Source of the DNA: Guillardia theta CCMP2712
Lineage: Eukaryota > Protista > Cryptophyta
Reading direction: 5' to 3'
NCBI RefSeq assembly: GCF_000315625.1
Contig: NW_005434668.1
Location: forward strand, 750,533 to 814,532
DNA: 64,000 nucleotides
Shown here: in pieces, positions 38,142 to 50,055 of the stretch
How positions within the stretch are numbered: position 1 is the first letter of the stretch
Layout: each line of letters begins with the position of its first letter
Translations under genes and position numbers: made by a program
Notes under the pieces: generated by a model
The model's input: the letters and a program-made list of their open reading frames with translations, nothing else
The model's database searches: none
Told to the model about the DNA's origin: nothing

Positions 38142-38696
38142 ATGAAGATGTACCAGCGAGACTTGCTGATGTCAGGCGAAGAGATGGGAGCAGTGTATGC
38201 TCACCACAAGCATGAACGACTAGTTGATCCTTTCATAGCTCCTCACTGATACTCGTAACCTGTTAGGAATTCGTTTGAAACATGACCGAGAACGCTCCAA
38301 CAAGCTCGAACGTGAATGCAGGTTTGTGCCATAACACGTTGTATCACACAAGAATAGTATCCTCTAAACTCATGCACCAGAGGAAGAAGTAAGGTCTGGT
38401 GTCTGGAGCTCGGTTCCTGCGCTTCCTGCCCCCTCAGATGCTGCAACCACCCTGCAGGTTGATAAGGCTTGCCTCTACCGCGTTGCTGTTGACGCATGCG
38501 GCAGGTGGGCGAGACTGTGTCTTTAGAAGATCGACTTGGGCCTTTGGTGGTGAACGCAGATGGAAGTCTATCAAGAATAGCGAACTGGGAGAACATGACG
38601 GAGGCAGAAAAGGCAAACACATTGAGAGTGCTGGGAAGGAGGAATGGAGCACGACTGGCGAACTTGAACAGCATGCACGCGGACGACAGCAACTAG
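38142..38696 (+). CDS. Small conserved hypothetical protein (LGPxVVNxDGSLSRIxNW family)
   Basis: VPALPAPSDAATTLQ|VGETVSLEDRLGPLVVNADGSLSRIANWENMTEAEKANTLRVLGRRNGARL, a motif I recall from uncharacterised fungal/protist proteins. The 5' exons are uncertain. Confidence 0.6.
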
Positions 38697-38836
38697 GGGA
38701 GAGCGAGGGAGACAACTGAAAAGCATTTCTTTTAAAAAAAATAAATGACAAGCCCAACTGCTGCTGCAGAAATCATACAATCCTTAAAAGAGCCCAAAAA
38801 AACGTCAATGCCTTCTGGTACACACTTTTAAGCTTT

Positions 38837-40388
38837 CTAATCTTCGTCTTCCTCCTCATCGTCATCTCCTTCCACCTGAGAATCTCGTCAACCTGGCAAG
38901 CAGAAGAAACTTCAACGAACCTCCATGTTCGCGCGCTGAGCGTCTTCAAGAGCCTTTGCAAGAGCTGCTTCTTCCTCTGCTCCGACAGCCGTGGGCTTCA
39001 TCTTGATTGCCATCTCTCCCTGCGCAGCTTTGAGCCCCCAGCTTGCTGCTCTCTACCTCGCACATTTCGCTTGATGATCTCGTCCTTGACTTTCTCAAGA
39101 GCTCCTTCAAGCAATTTGATGCCTACGTCCTGCACCACATCTCACGCCTCATCCTCCTGACTGAAATTCCAGCTGACCTGATCCAGGGTGTTGCATGTCA
39201 TCACGTAGAGCGGAGGTGCGATGAGGCGAACGGAGATGGGATTCATTTCCGTTCCGCACTTCACTCCCTCCAAGAGCGCGGCCTTGATTGCATCGATTCC
39301 CTGGACATCGATGCTGCATCAGGAACAAGCGATGCGCAGTCCAGGAAAACTAACCTCGTACGCAAAGCATGTGACTTCAAAGTCCGAACGAACCTAGAGA
39401 CAAGACATGAGTGGGCAATCCTAGAGGAAAACAATCTGGCTACCTTCACAGGCTGGGGTGTCAATCTCATCTCAACGTTCCTCAAAAGGGCTTTCTTGAC
39501 ATCTTCGCTCATGCAGTACTTGTCCAGGATAGTTGGGTCACTCAGCAAACCTTCGATGCATCGGGTGAGTAGAACGCGGTTGAAAACTTCTTTTACGTTT
39601 GAAGGCGTCGAGCAAATGGCCACATTCCTCTCCGAGTTCCCAGCTTGAGATTCAAATTTCACACATCGAACTAGCCAGGTCAATGGAGGATCACCCGAAA
39701 GAGTCATAGAGATCTTCGACGTCTCTCTTCTGGGTAGTTGCTAAGTTCCTCATGATGCTGATCACACAGTCAGCGTATCGAGACAGATATTCAAAGATGA
39801 TAAAAATGTGAACCTGTGAGCTGATTTTGATTTGTTAAATTTTTCTTCGATCTTTTCGACATCCTGAACGAGATGTCAACGATCCATATGCGATGCTGGT
39901 AAGCTGAACCTCGGGCGACACACGTCTCTTAGAAAGATCGATGTAACCCTACATCAATTTTCAGTCGGGAAGATATGCAACTACGATGACAAGAACCTTG
40001 TCTTTGTCAACACGCAAAACAAGCGCAACTTCTTGTCTCCCAACGTTGATCTTAACAGATTATCAACCAACTAAAGGAGCTTCCAGTGTTGATGACAAAC
40101 CAGCTTCTTCACTGAGCGGATTCGTCTTCTTGAAAGCTCAGAAAGCAAAATCATGCCTGCAGTACTTTCAGCTCTGTGTGATCCAGGATTCAACGTCGCT
40201 CACCCTCGGTATCATCGTACTCCACCAAGGAAACATAAACTCCCATCACATCAATACGCTGATTCGATTAAGGATCAGAAATTTTTCGTCCGCTCCTGTT
40301 CTTAAAGATTCTACCTTGACAAGCACTACAACGGTTTCCTCAACATCAGGATACTTGTTGCGGTACATCCTGCACCTCAAGTTTGGCT
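38837..40388 (-). CDS. EIF2S1: Translation initiation factor eIF2 alpha subunit (core)
   Basis: PNLRCRMYRNKYPDVEETV, EG|MILLSELSRRRIRSVKKL (Ser51 loop intact), INVGRQEVALVLRVDKDK|GYIDLSKRRVS, RLTPQPVK and acidic tail VEGDDDEEEDED*. Many introns. Confidence 0.93.
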
Positions 40389-40470
40389 CTGCCAAAGACA
40401 CAGCAGCAAGTCACAAAAGGACTGAACTAGAAAACACACATGGTTGAACACATCAGCAGTGTGTTCTTAC

Positions 40471-41194
40471 CTTCAGGGGTTGCAGACAGCGGAATTTCAA
40501 GTCCTGGGACAACAAATACTGTATCCAAGATCTCCTTATCCGTGGGGAACCCGACGCCGAGCGACTTTCTGTCATTGCCATCTCTGTCGGGGTACACGGA
40601 CAATCCCTGTAGACGAAGAAGGGAGACTGAGAAGAGCTACAACATCGACAGGCTGCAACAACCTTCTTGCCTAATGACGGCAAGCCAAGGTGGGGGAGAC
40701 TGAACTTCCTGGTTTTCAAGTTACGACCAGTTGCACCCCACATTTCCCATCCGACCTGTCGTCAAGAACTTCTCCATCTTTTCCCGTTGCTGCAATCAGG
40801 CAAGTCCAGTTTGCATTCTCTTCCTCCTTCTTGATCTTTACACCCCAATCAACGTTTCTGCGGGCGCTATGATAGCAAAGACGTACCGCGAAGTGATCCT
40901 TGGTGTACGGAGCTTGCTCTACGTACTTGTGGAAAGAGTATGGCTTGCATCCTGCGGAGATGAATGTGAGATTGAAGCAGACACCCTCTTTCACGCAACA
41001 GATTCCATGTTGGACTATTCTGACATGTCAAAATAACAAACAATCTCTGAAGTCTAGTCGAAGGGAGCTTGCAGAGCCGAACCTTCTTTCTTCGGATGGA
41101 ACAAGGTGAAGAAGCCTGAGGGAGGGAAGGCTGAGGTAGGAGCGTCCACCGTGATGGAACCATCGTCCATCAGCTTCGCCGCATAGCGCGCCAT
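40471..41194 (-). CDS. Unknown ~160-aa coding segment, probably spliced in frame onto eIF2-alpha
   Basis: MARYAAKLMDDGSITVDAPTSAFPPSGFFTLFHPKKE...GCKPYSFHKYVEQAPYTKDHFA...GLSVYPDRDGNDRKSLGVGFPTDKEILDTVFVVPGLEIPLSATPE, ending at a strong donor G|GTAAG at 40470. One internal intron needs a GC donor. Confidence 0.55.
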
Positions 41195-41351
41195 TTCTAC
41201 CGCACGCGTCTGCACGCGTGGCGAACCGAATCACTCAACTCAGGCCCGCCTCCCCCCCCATACCTCGGGGCAGTTTGGAAGGCAGAGCCGGGGCAGGCCC
41301 GCTGAACCTGCCCCGCATCCCCGCATATGAGCCGACCAGACTTCACGTGCC

Positions 41352-43387
41352 ATGGCGAAGCGACGACGTGAGTTTTGGAGGCATGTGGTTGCGAGAGGAG
41401 GCGAGAGGTTGAAGCTGAGGCTGGAAGAAGAGAGGAGAGATAATCGGAGTACGTTCAGATGGGAAGCGATGTTGAGAAGTCAGGATTGTGTGGGGGAAAG
41501 CATTCGAGGAAGGACGAAGGGTAGGAGGAAGAGAGAGAGCAAGCAAGAATGGGATTCATCGCCTTGACGAGCCTTGCAGGCGAAAATTTCCAGCAGAGGG
41601 GAGGGACCGAGAGAAAACGAGCAGCCAGACAGAATGGCAGTGCTGCCAGTGCTGCTCAGGGGGATATGTCACAGCTGAGCCGACGAGAACGACGAGCGAT
41701 ACAGTTTGCTGACAGGAAAGTGTCTGCAGACAATGATGAAACCAGTGGAAAGCGACCTGATTCTAGCGAGGAAGAGGAGGAGGATGAAGAGGAGGAGGAG
41801 CAGTCCTACAACAAACTTATGAAGATGTTAAGCTCGGATAAAGGGAACGAAGCTCTTCGGGCAAGACTTCTGGAAGAGACAGGAGGTATTCAGACTGTGC
41901 TTGCGAGTTTCCACTGATGCTGAAGGCTTGAAGGAGAAAGACAGGACGATGAAGACGAAGAACTCGAGGAGGAGGAGGAGGAGGAGGAGGAGGAGGAGGA
42001 GGAGGAGGGAGACGACGAAGACGGCGAACTCGAAAGCGAGGAAGGCGAGGAGGAGGACGAGGAAAAGGAAGAGGAGGATGGCGAGGGCGAAGAGGGGACA
42101 CTTGAGAATGAAAGCTCGGAACAGAACAGCGTAGATGCTGATGATCAGGATGAGGAAGGAGAGGATGTAGAAAAGGAGGGGGGCAGAGGATCGAGGAAAA
42201 GAGGGAAGTCACGAAGGGCGACGAAGGTGAGTGAAGAAGGGGAGGGACCTGAAGTTGGGTGATACTCAACGTGTGCAGAAGGGGCTGGAAGACGACCTAG
42301 AGGAGCTCGGGCTCGATGCAGGTCAACTTGGGATGATCCAGCTGCAAGAGCATGACGACATGGCAGAGGAGCCGGAGGCTGAGGAGTCGGAGGCAGAGCA
42401 GGACGAGGGAACCGCGGACGCAAGGGAGGAGGCGACCGGCTACCAGAAGCACATCTCGTCCTTCTCCTTGGATAGTGCGAAGGTAATACCAGTTTCTCTT
42501 GCTTCCTCCTGCTCCAGCTGAGCTCCGGCAGGTGGAGTCGTTCCTGCAGGCTCGCAACGGGGGCAAGTGGAGGAAAAAGCAAGTGGAGGGTCTGCCGGTT
42601 CCCTTGCTGTGGAGAGCAGGGAGCCATGGGGTCAACCCCTTTCCGCGGGTGAGAGGAGGACATGAGGATTTAGTCTCACCAGAGGCCATGCAGGAAGCTG
42701 CGGACCTGTCGGGCTACCCAGCTGAAGTGAGTTTGCGGCTTCTTGCCACGCATCAGCTGAGCTCGAGCTAGATCACGAGATTGTTTGCGGCCGCCGCTGA
42801 GCGGACGAGCAAAGACGAGAAGAAGAAGGAGCTCTACGGCGAGCCCTCTCCTCGCGGCAGGTTCTCCTTCAGCCCCTCGTCCCCTAGCTCTCAGGCCCTT
42901 GACCAACGAGTGGCAGGGACGGGCTGACGAAACTTCAAAGCGCCCTCCTGCCCCAGCTCGCAAGCTACATGGACTTGCACTACTGCATGCGCACTTGCTC
43001 GCAGGCCAACGAGATCCGCGAGGTGGGGAGGGGTGGGGGGAGGAGGAGAGAGGAGGATCAGCTGACGATGGGCAGATGGTCGGGCTCCATGTGGTGAACC
43101 ATGTGACGAGGTCGCGGGAAGAGATTCACAGCAACAACCTCAAGCTCAAAAAGGACAAGAGCTTCCCCGCAAAAGACCAGGGATTCACGAGATGCAAGGT
43201 TGAACGAATGTTTGAGTGAGGAGAGGGACGGAAGGAGTGGTGGAAGACCAGAAGTAGATCAGCGCCAGGGCAAGGACGAGGACGAGGACCAAGGGTGGTA
43301 GAGGACGAGGACGAGGACCAAGGGTTGTAGAGGACGAGGACGAGGACCAAGGGTGGTAGAGGACGAGGATGAGGACCAAGGGTTGTA

Positions 43388-43426
<39 letters not shown>

Positions 43427-45673
43427 CAAGAGGACGAGGACGAGCAAGAGGACGAGCAAAAGGAAGAAACTGATTGTAGTTGGCAGGTTCTCGTGCTCCT
43501 GCCATGTCGCAACTCGGCCTGGCGGTTCATCAAGAAGCTGCTGGAGCTTGCTCCTTCTGCGCAGCGACCCAAGGGGAGGATCGACAACCTTCAGGTGAAG
43601 AGAAGACAAGGTCGCGCCTGCGGTGACTGCTGATTTCAGAGATTTCAAGAAGAATTCGGACCAGGAGACAAGGTGAGAATGCTCCTGCTCCTGCTCCTGC
43701 TGCTTCTCTTTTCATCTTCCACTTCAAATGTGCTGATCATGTCGTGTCGTGCAGACAGAACGCAAGGAGGACAAGGAACGGCTGCTCAAGGTATGGAGGA
43801 ATGAGGGTTGAACACCGACGATGCAAGAGAGAGGAAGAAATGATGGTCATCACGAGAGGAAGAGAATAGAGCAGAAGAATTGAGAACACGAGAAGAGTTG
43901 AGCATGGAAGAAGCACTGAAGGGAGGAGACCATGGAGAAGGAGAATGACAGCATGTCTCGATGGCAGGTTGGAGTGGATCACTGGGAGAGGTTCGAGGGG
44001 AACACGGAAGATCACTTCAGGATCGGCATTCAGCTGCACTCCAAATTTGCCCGTCTATTCGCTCCCTTCTACACAGCAGACATCATCGTCGCCTCCCCCC
44101 TGGGGTTGCGCATGATCGTCAAGTCAGCCGATGGAGGGCTGACCCTGGTAAGAACCGCCGACACTCCTGCTGCCCCGTGACTTCCTGCAGGGAGGAGAAG
44201 CTGACTTCTTGTCGAGCGTCGAGGTGACTTCCCCTCCTCTGACTCGACGAGGGGTACGTGAGCTCGCTTCAGGTCCTCGTGATCGACCAGCTGGACTATC
44301 TGCTCATGCAGAACACCGATCATCTCTATACCGTGCTGGGCGCCATGAACAGGTGTCCTCGGATCTACGAACTGCTGCCTCTCAACTTGTACCCCAGGCA
44401 GCCCATCAAGCCGAGAGGAGCAGATTTCGCACGACTGCGAGAAGTCTTTTTGGATGACCTGCAGAAGTACTTCCGCCAGGTGAAAACCCACGGCCAAGTT
44501 CAAAACTTTGACAGCCTCCTCCCCAGACTCTCATCTTCTCCTCTGTTTGTACCCCGGACGGCAACGCGATCATGAGCAGGAGCTCCTTCAATGTGACTTG
44601 CCTGCTGTACTCGTCCTTGCTGCTGATAGAGCCTGCAGCTGAGGGGCATGGTGAAGACAGCAGAGGAGCACAAGTGAAAGAGGGCATGGAGGAAATTCAA
44701 GTCTAAGTTTGACTGGCAGGGGATCGATCAGGAAGGTTTTGCAACATATTCACGTTCGTCAAATGTTCATCAAGATGCCGCTCAAGGAGAACCTGGTGAG
44801 TAGGAGATGACAAGCAAGATTCGTATCACCTCCGTGACATCAAAACAACAGAAAGACGCCGACGATGCGCGATTTTCATACTTCTGCGACAACATCTTCA
44901 GGTGATCCCCGACCTTGCGCCCTCCTCTGTCCCTCCTCAACCTCTTCCGCTCAGTCAAGTGCACGGATCCTGCCAGTCCCATACTCTCCTTGTCGTCCCC
45001 TCCTACCTGGACTTCGTCAGGGTCAGAAACTTCCTCAAGAAGAAGGAGGCTTCCTTCATAGCCTGCACAGAGGCGAGTTGTACGCTACCTCCTCTTCTCC
45101 TCTCACCCTCTCTCAGTACTCCGATGCTCCTCAAGTCTTGAGAGCGAGGGGAGATTTCTTCCATGGGCGCAAGGTCGGGGCCCGGGCCGCCTCCTCCCAC
45201 TTGTTTTGTGACGAGGCACGGGCAGGATGTACTCCTCATCACTGAGCGATTCCATTTCTACTTCAGATTCCGTAAGCTTCACCACGGTATCATGGTGAGT
45301 GACGGCAACGGCAGGAATTCGCGGAATCCGCCACATCGTATTCTACTCTCTCCCGCAGGCAACCTCACCCTGCTCACACCAGCAAGATCTAACTTCCCCT
45401 CAGTTCCCTGAGTTCTACACGGAGCTTGTCAATCTCATCTCACTGCATGACGATGTCGGAGGTGGGCAATCACTCCGCTCTTCCTGACGCTCACGAACAA
45501 ACACACTAGGAACGGTGACAAGCCTGTACTGCAAGCAAGACCAGCTCAACCTACAGGTGACGAAACCGATCGGACTAGACAGGACGTGACTTTAGAATTC
45601 GCAGCGAGTGGTGGGCAGCAGCAGGGCCGAACAGATGCTCTCGTCCGACAAAACAGTTCATATGTTTGCTTAG
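41352..45673 (+). CDS. UTP25: U3 snoRNA-associated protein UTP25 / DIEXF
   Basis: Acidic N-terminus. DQGFTRCK|[97 protein letters not shown]. Ends ...TVHMFA*. Confidence 0.92.
43272..43460 (+). repeat. Intronic minisatellite (GACGAG)n with a ~29-30 bp higher-order unit
   Basis: Four units of gacgaggacgaggaccaaggg(tg/t)gtagag followed by a gacgag run. Confidence 0.85.
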
Positions 45674-45821
45674 TCGGGTGGGAGTCGGAGTTCATCAGCT
45701 GTAGAATAAGAAACCTCAAGCCATCATGTAACATCTTTCTCATTTCTACAACATAATCAGAGACAATCTCTCAGCAGACGTCGCACCATTCTGAAATATG
45801 TACAAAGTTTATTTATCTTGC

Positions 45822-46286
45822 TCATGGAATTCGCTTGTTGCAAACTTCTGCTAGCCAGTGTTTGATTGAAGAGTAATGATTTCCGTCATGAATGATCGAA
45901 CAACATGTTGTCATGTTGGCAACAAAAGTTCCTCCTTTGCCCCTATAAGTGATTGCTCCTAAACGCTCGCAGACTGGAAATTCCATCGGAGTAGCTTCTG
46001 TTACATCGTTTGGAAAGAATACACAGATTTCAGCGCTCTCATCAATCGAAGTAGGAGAAACAAATCCACTAGACATCTCGTTCTTCCTCTTCTTTGCTCT
46101 GCGTCGCTGATCGTCCTCCTCCAAGCTTTGTAGAAAAATTTCCTTCCAGTCATCATTTCCGACATCGTCATCTTCATCGGACCAATCATCGTATTCATCA
46201 ATTTCCTCGTCAACGTGATGAGGCTCTATGCTCTTCTTGTCCTTTGAGTGACTCGTGTCTAAGTCGTACTGCATGATTTCTCGCAT
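45822..46286 (-). CDS. Small acidic/basic protein with possible C-terminal RAMA-like domain
   Basis: Intronless 154-aa ATG ORF with an acidic tract, NLS-like RRRAKKRK and ITYRGKGGTFVANMTTCCSIIHDGNHYSSIKHWLAEVCNK. Confidence 0.55.
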   Translation of the reverse strand: MREIMQYDLDTSHSKDKKSIEPHHVDEEIDEYDDWSDEDDDVGNDDWKEIFLQSLEEDDQRRRAKKRKNEMSSGFVSPTSIDESAEICVFFPNDVTEATPMEFPVCERLGAITYRGKGGTFVANMTTCCSIIHDGNHYSSIKHWLAEVCNKRIP

Positions 46287-46417
46287 TTGAATGTTTCAGT
46301 AAAATAACTGCTTGATCTCCTGAAATTGTTTGAAGAAGGTTCCAGACTGCCAAGTTTCCAGTTCGATTGAATCTTCTTTTCCAGCTTACCCTGTTCTTTC
46401 TACAATGTTTCCCTTTT

Positions 46418-46418
<1 letters not shown>

Positions 46419-46482
<64 letters not shown>
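46419..46482 (+). repeat. (CT)32 microsatellite
   Basis: Perfect CT dinucleotide run. Confidence 0.95.
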
Positions 46483-46487
<5 letters not shown>

Positions 46488-46589
46488 CAAGCACCTTCCC
46501 GTCTCTCTCTCTCCCTCCCGCTCTCCTCACTTCCGCCACTCGCAATGCTTGCTCGTCCTTCTCGTGGCTTCACTTCCCGTGCCAATCCA

Positions 46590-47810
46590 ACCCACCCCTA
46601 GACCTACCCCTCCAACCCAGTTTCACTGACACCTACCCGTGTCTTACTACCCCACCCACAAGAATTCTGCTTCCACCCCAACCTAGAGCACAGAATACCT
46701 CTCTACCCACTGGGTCATCTTCCATCAATTCTGTGGAAAACAACCCCCTCCTCATAACAGGGTTGGGTACGCCCCTTGAAGCCATCACTACCTCCCCTTC
46801 AACTGCAACCCCCATTGAATCACCCAATCTACCACCCCACCTGATGATATCACCACCCCTACCCCCCAGTCATTCGTTACCCCTTTGCTGACCAATAACT
46901 CTTCAAACCACGACACAACTTACCACCCCTGTGTAAAGACCCGCACCCTTTGATTGACCCACCTACCCAACGAAATGAGCACCCACCCACCCTCCTGACG
47001 TGGAACCACCAGAGATACGGATACACAGATCATCCACCATACGCATCTAAATTCCTCAATTTGTCGTGTAATGTCATATTTCTCTACCCCACCCTCACGA
47101 TATCTGATCCCTACCCCCACGACACTCAAATCTTGAAGGACCCTACCTTCCATTGCGACTTGTTCAACCCCCGTCGTTTCGCAAGGGACACTCCACCCCT
47201 GCCTGCTACCGCCATCAGGACCCTTTGGAGAGTCCTACCCCTTGAGTGAAAAAAAGGACCCTTACTATACTCAAAGGTTCGGACTCAGACTGGCCACCTA
47301 CCCATCCTGGAGAGAGATCCTACACGACACCCCTATACTTTAGGGGCAATGTACCGGTGTATCAACACGCAGCAAGCGTACCCTACCTTCAAGGACTCCT
47401 ACTAGACGTAACACCCCACCCACCCCTTGGAGCTAAAATTCCAGTCTACCACGAGTAGGGTCGGTCGCGGGGGCTGGGATCCCCAAAACCAGGGGACCAA
47501 CAGACCGCTCTGTTGCGCCCACCACGGGTAGTAGTGCTTGTTTCGAAGGGGGTGGAAAACATGAACTGTCCGTATGTGGGTAGGGGTCCTTGGCGAGTCG
47601 CAAGGGTACGGATATAAAAGTCGGAATGGTGGTCACATAGGTAGATAGGGGTGCTAATATGGGTGAAGCCTGGGGGTACATCCGCATTTAGACATTTCGA
47701 CCAGAAATAGGCTCGGTGCAATTCTGGTGAGGGGTACTTGAACAGTGAGGGACGACCTACACTTGTCTTGAAAAAATTGTTGAAAAGGAGTGGGTAGTAC
47801 CCCAGGGATG
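46590..47810. repeat. Polarised ACCCC/GGGGT intergenic block
   Basis: C-run motifs on the + strand up to about 47450, then G-run motifs (gggta, ggggt) to about 47810. Confidence 0.6.
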
Positions 47811-47899
47811 TGATAAATTCAAATATAGATATGTTCATATTTGAAACTATTCTCAAAAATTTCAGCTGACAAGAGAAATTGTAATGTGACAGAGTCTCA

Positions 47900-48290
47900 G
47901 CCTCCGACTCCGCACCGTCACATAGTATGCCCGGCCCGGCCCGGGCCGCGCGCCGCAATGACCTAACTAAGGCCGGAGGGGCAAACTTGCCGCTTGCGAT
48001 ACTGCAGCCGCTTTGAACTTGCGGCGGCCGTGTGTCAGTCAGGCGGCCCAAGTCACTTGATCGGCGCCGCCGCCGCGCCGGGCGGCCCGCCGGGGCCCAC
48101 CACAGAAAGCGCAACGCATCGTCCTTGACTAGCCGCCGAGTTGGCCCGGCTAGTAGCCCGGCCCGCGGGCCGGACCGGCCGGGCGCCGCCCTGAGCCGGG
48201 GCCGGCTGGCAAATCCGGGCTACAGTAACATCATGCCGGGGCGCTCATCGTGGGCCGCATGGCAGCGGTAGCCGCCAGTGGCGCTGGAAG
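47900..48290. other. GC-rich palindromic island
   Basis: Perfect 16-bp palindrome CCGGCCCGCGGGCCGG at 48158-48173 and inverted repeat ACTAGCCG/CGGCTAGT at 48128-48154. Confidence 0.6.
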
Positions 48291-48329
48291 TTGAAGGCTC
48301 GGTGGCATGAGCCTGCTGTCCCAGCCTCT

Positions 48330-49824
48330 GGGCCTCCGTGGACTTGCCAAGAGAATGGCGACACAGACTAGCACAAGTTCTCTTTCAACAGGGTTTAAGA
48401 CACGACTGTCGGCGATTCTTTTAGTCGTCTTCTTCCCTATGTGCAGCTTCTGCGTGAACTGCTATGACGGGTGAATGAAGTGCCAATGTCCTTGTTGAAT
48501 CCACCTCATCTCATGGCAGAGTCGTGACGACGGGAGATTCTGTATCTGCAGCAAATGATGGTGAATGATCCGTGAATACTGTGCCATCAAACTAACTATA
48601 TAACGAATGGGCAGTTTCAAGCTTCTCAACGAGCGCGGTAGTGATTCAAAACACTACCCACTAATTCACCTTTTCAATCAGTGTAATCAAGTCAAAGGAA
48701 GTGCTTTTGACACCTGCGCAATATTTTGCTCGAAATATCAAATGTGAAGTACGAGTTCAATTCGATGCAATTCGTCTGAAGCTTGTAATTTTTAGGTTGA
48801 AATCTAATCAAGGCGTCTATACTTGCTCCCGTTTTTGTATGAATGCCACAGAGGAAAGGCTTTGAGTGTGTGATATCTCAGGTCTGATGTAAGATACTAC
48901 ACAGTGCGCTGTCAGTGCTAGCTTGGAACATGCACTTTGTGCGCAGATGATGAGCATTCCAGATGGAAACAGGGTAAAGATCTAAACGATTCAGTTGATG
49001 GTCATTCATATATTTCTTAGATACTTGTTGGCTGCGTTCAGAAATGCTCGACAACTTCCAACTCAAATGCAGATCCCACTTGTACATCTTCGTCGAAGTA
49101 TATACCATGAACAAATATTTCGACAATAATGTCACAATGCAGGATTTGCTCTAAAGATCAGGGTTACACAAGCTCTGCTTCCAAGGTCAAGAATATTGAT
49201 TGAATATTTGCCTGACCTTTTTTACAGAGCGCAAGTACGATGCTATTTTGGTCCATTTCCATTGGTTACCTCTTGATTCGACCGAACTTAGTATGATGTA
49301 GCAATGAAGATAGATTTGAAATCGAGCTCTGTTTGGATTTGCTTTGACAAGCTCATCATCAATGTTTTACATTTGCAATCGCTTCACAGTCTATTTACGA
49401 TCCTTGTTGACAGTTTCAGGTCAAAATCTTCCTCGACATTGCGCGCATGGATATCGCTTTTCTGGACAAATGAGTGAAGCAGCATAACAAGTTTCAGAGT
49501 GAGGCTCAAACTTGTATGGAGGACTACTGTCGCACAATGTTCGGTAGGCCCATATCCCCTACCCCCATCTACACCCTCATTATAGGTATCCAAGTACCCC
49601 TCCCATATATGAACCTTCACTTGAGATTCCCTCCTCGCCGTCTTAATATGCCAGCTCGTTGCAAGCCCGCTAGCTTGCAAGCCCTCGCTGCTCTCACCCC
49701 TGCTGTCTATCCTACAGGACACGCCCCCCACCTCTTTTGCAGCTCCTTGCTCTGATCGCAGTATGACAACTCTCAAAGAGCAGTTTCTTGCATAGCATCC
49801 ACTCCCTCTATTCGTTTGAAGCAT
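48330..49824 (-). CDS. Possible multi-exon hypothetical gene
   Basis: Short exon-like segments (KSDIHARNVEEDFDLKLSTRI; YKWDLHLSWKLSSISERSQQ) bounded by AG/GT. No recognisable domain. Confidence 0.3.
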
Positions 49825-50055
49825 GGAATATTGCCTCCGTTGTAGAGCTCTTAGTTTGAATGGAATGATATCACTTGCACGCTCTCAACCACTCGCAGGC
49901 CTCTTTCAACTTCATCGTGAAGTATTTTCTCTACATGGGCAACGCCAATTCCCAAGGCGACGACTCACACGGTCTTTGGTCTGCTTTCGGGTGCAGAAAC
50001 TCAATTATTTCCTCTCTTCCTGACACATCTTCTCAGTGAGCAACCGAATGACTCT

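Noticed and set aside
43126-43648. CRISPR-like array or repetitive proteins
   Set aside because: Tandem minisatellite without unique spacers, inside a UTP25 intron; eukaryotic context and no cas genes.
46210-48271. ORFs over the (CT)n, ACCCC and CCGG blocks
   Set aside because: Low-complexity translations (SLSLSL, Pro/Thr-rich, Arg/Ala-rich) with no splice or domain support.
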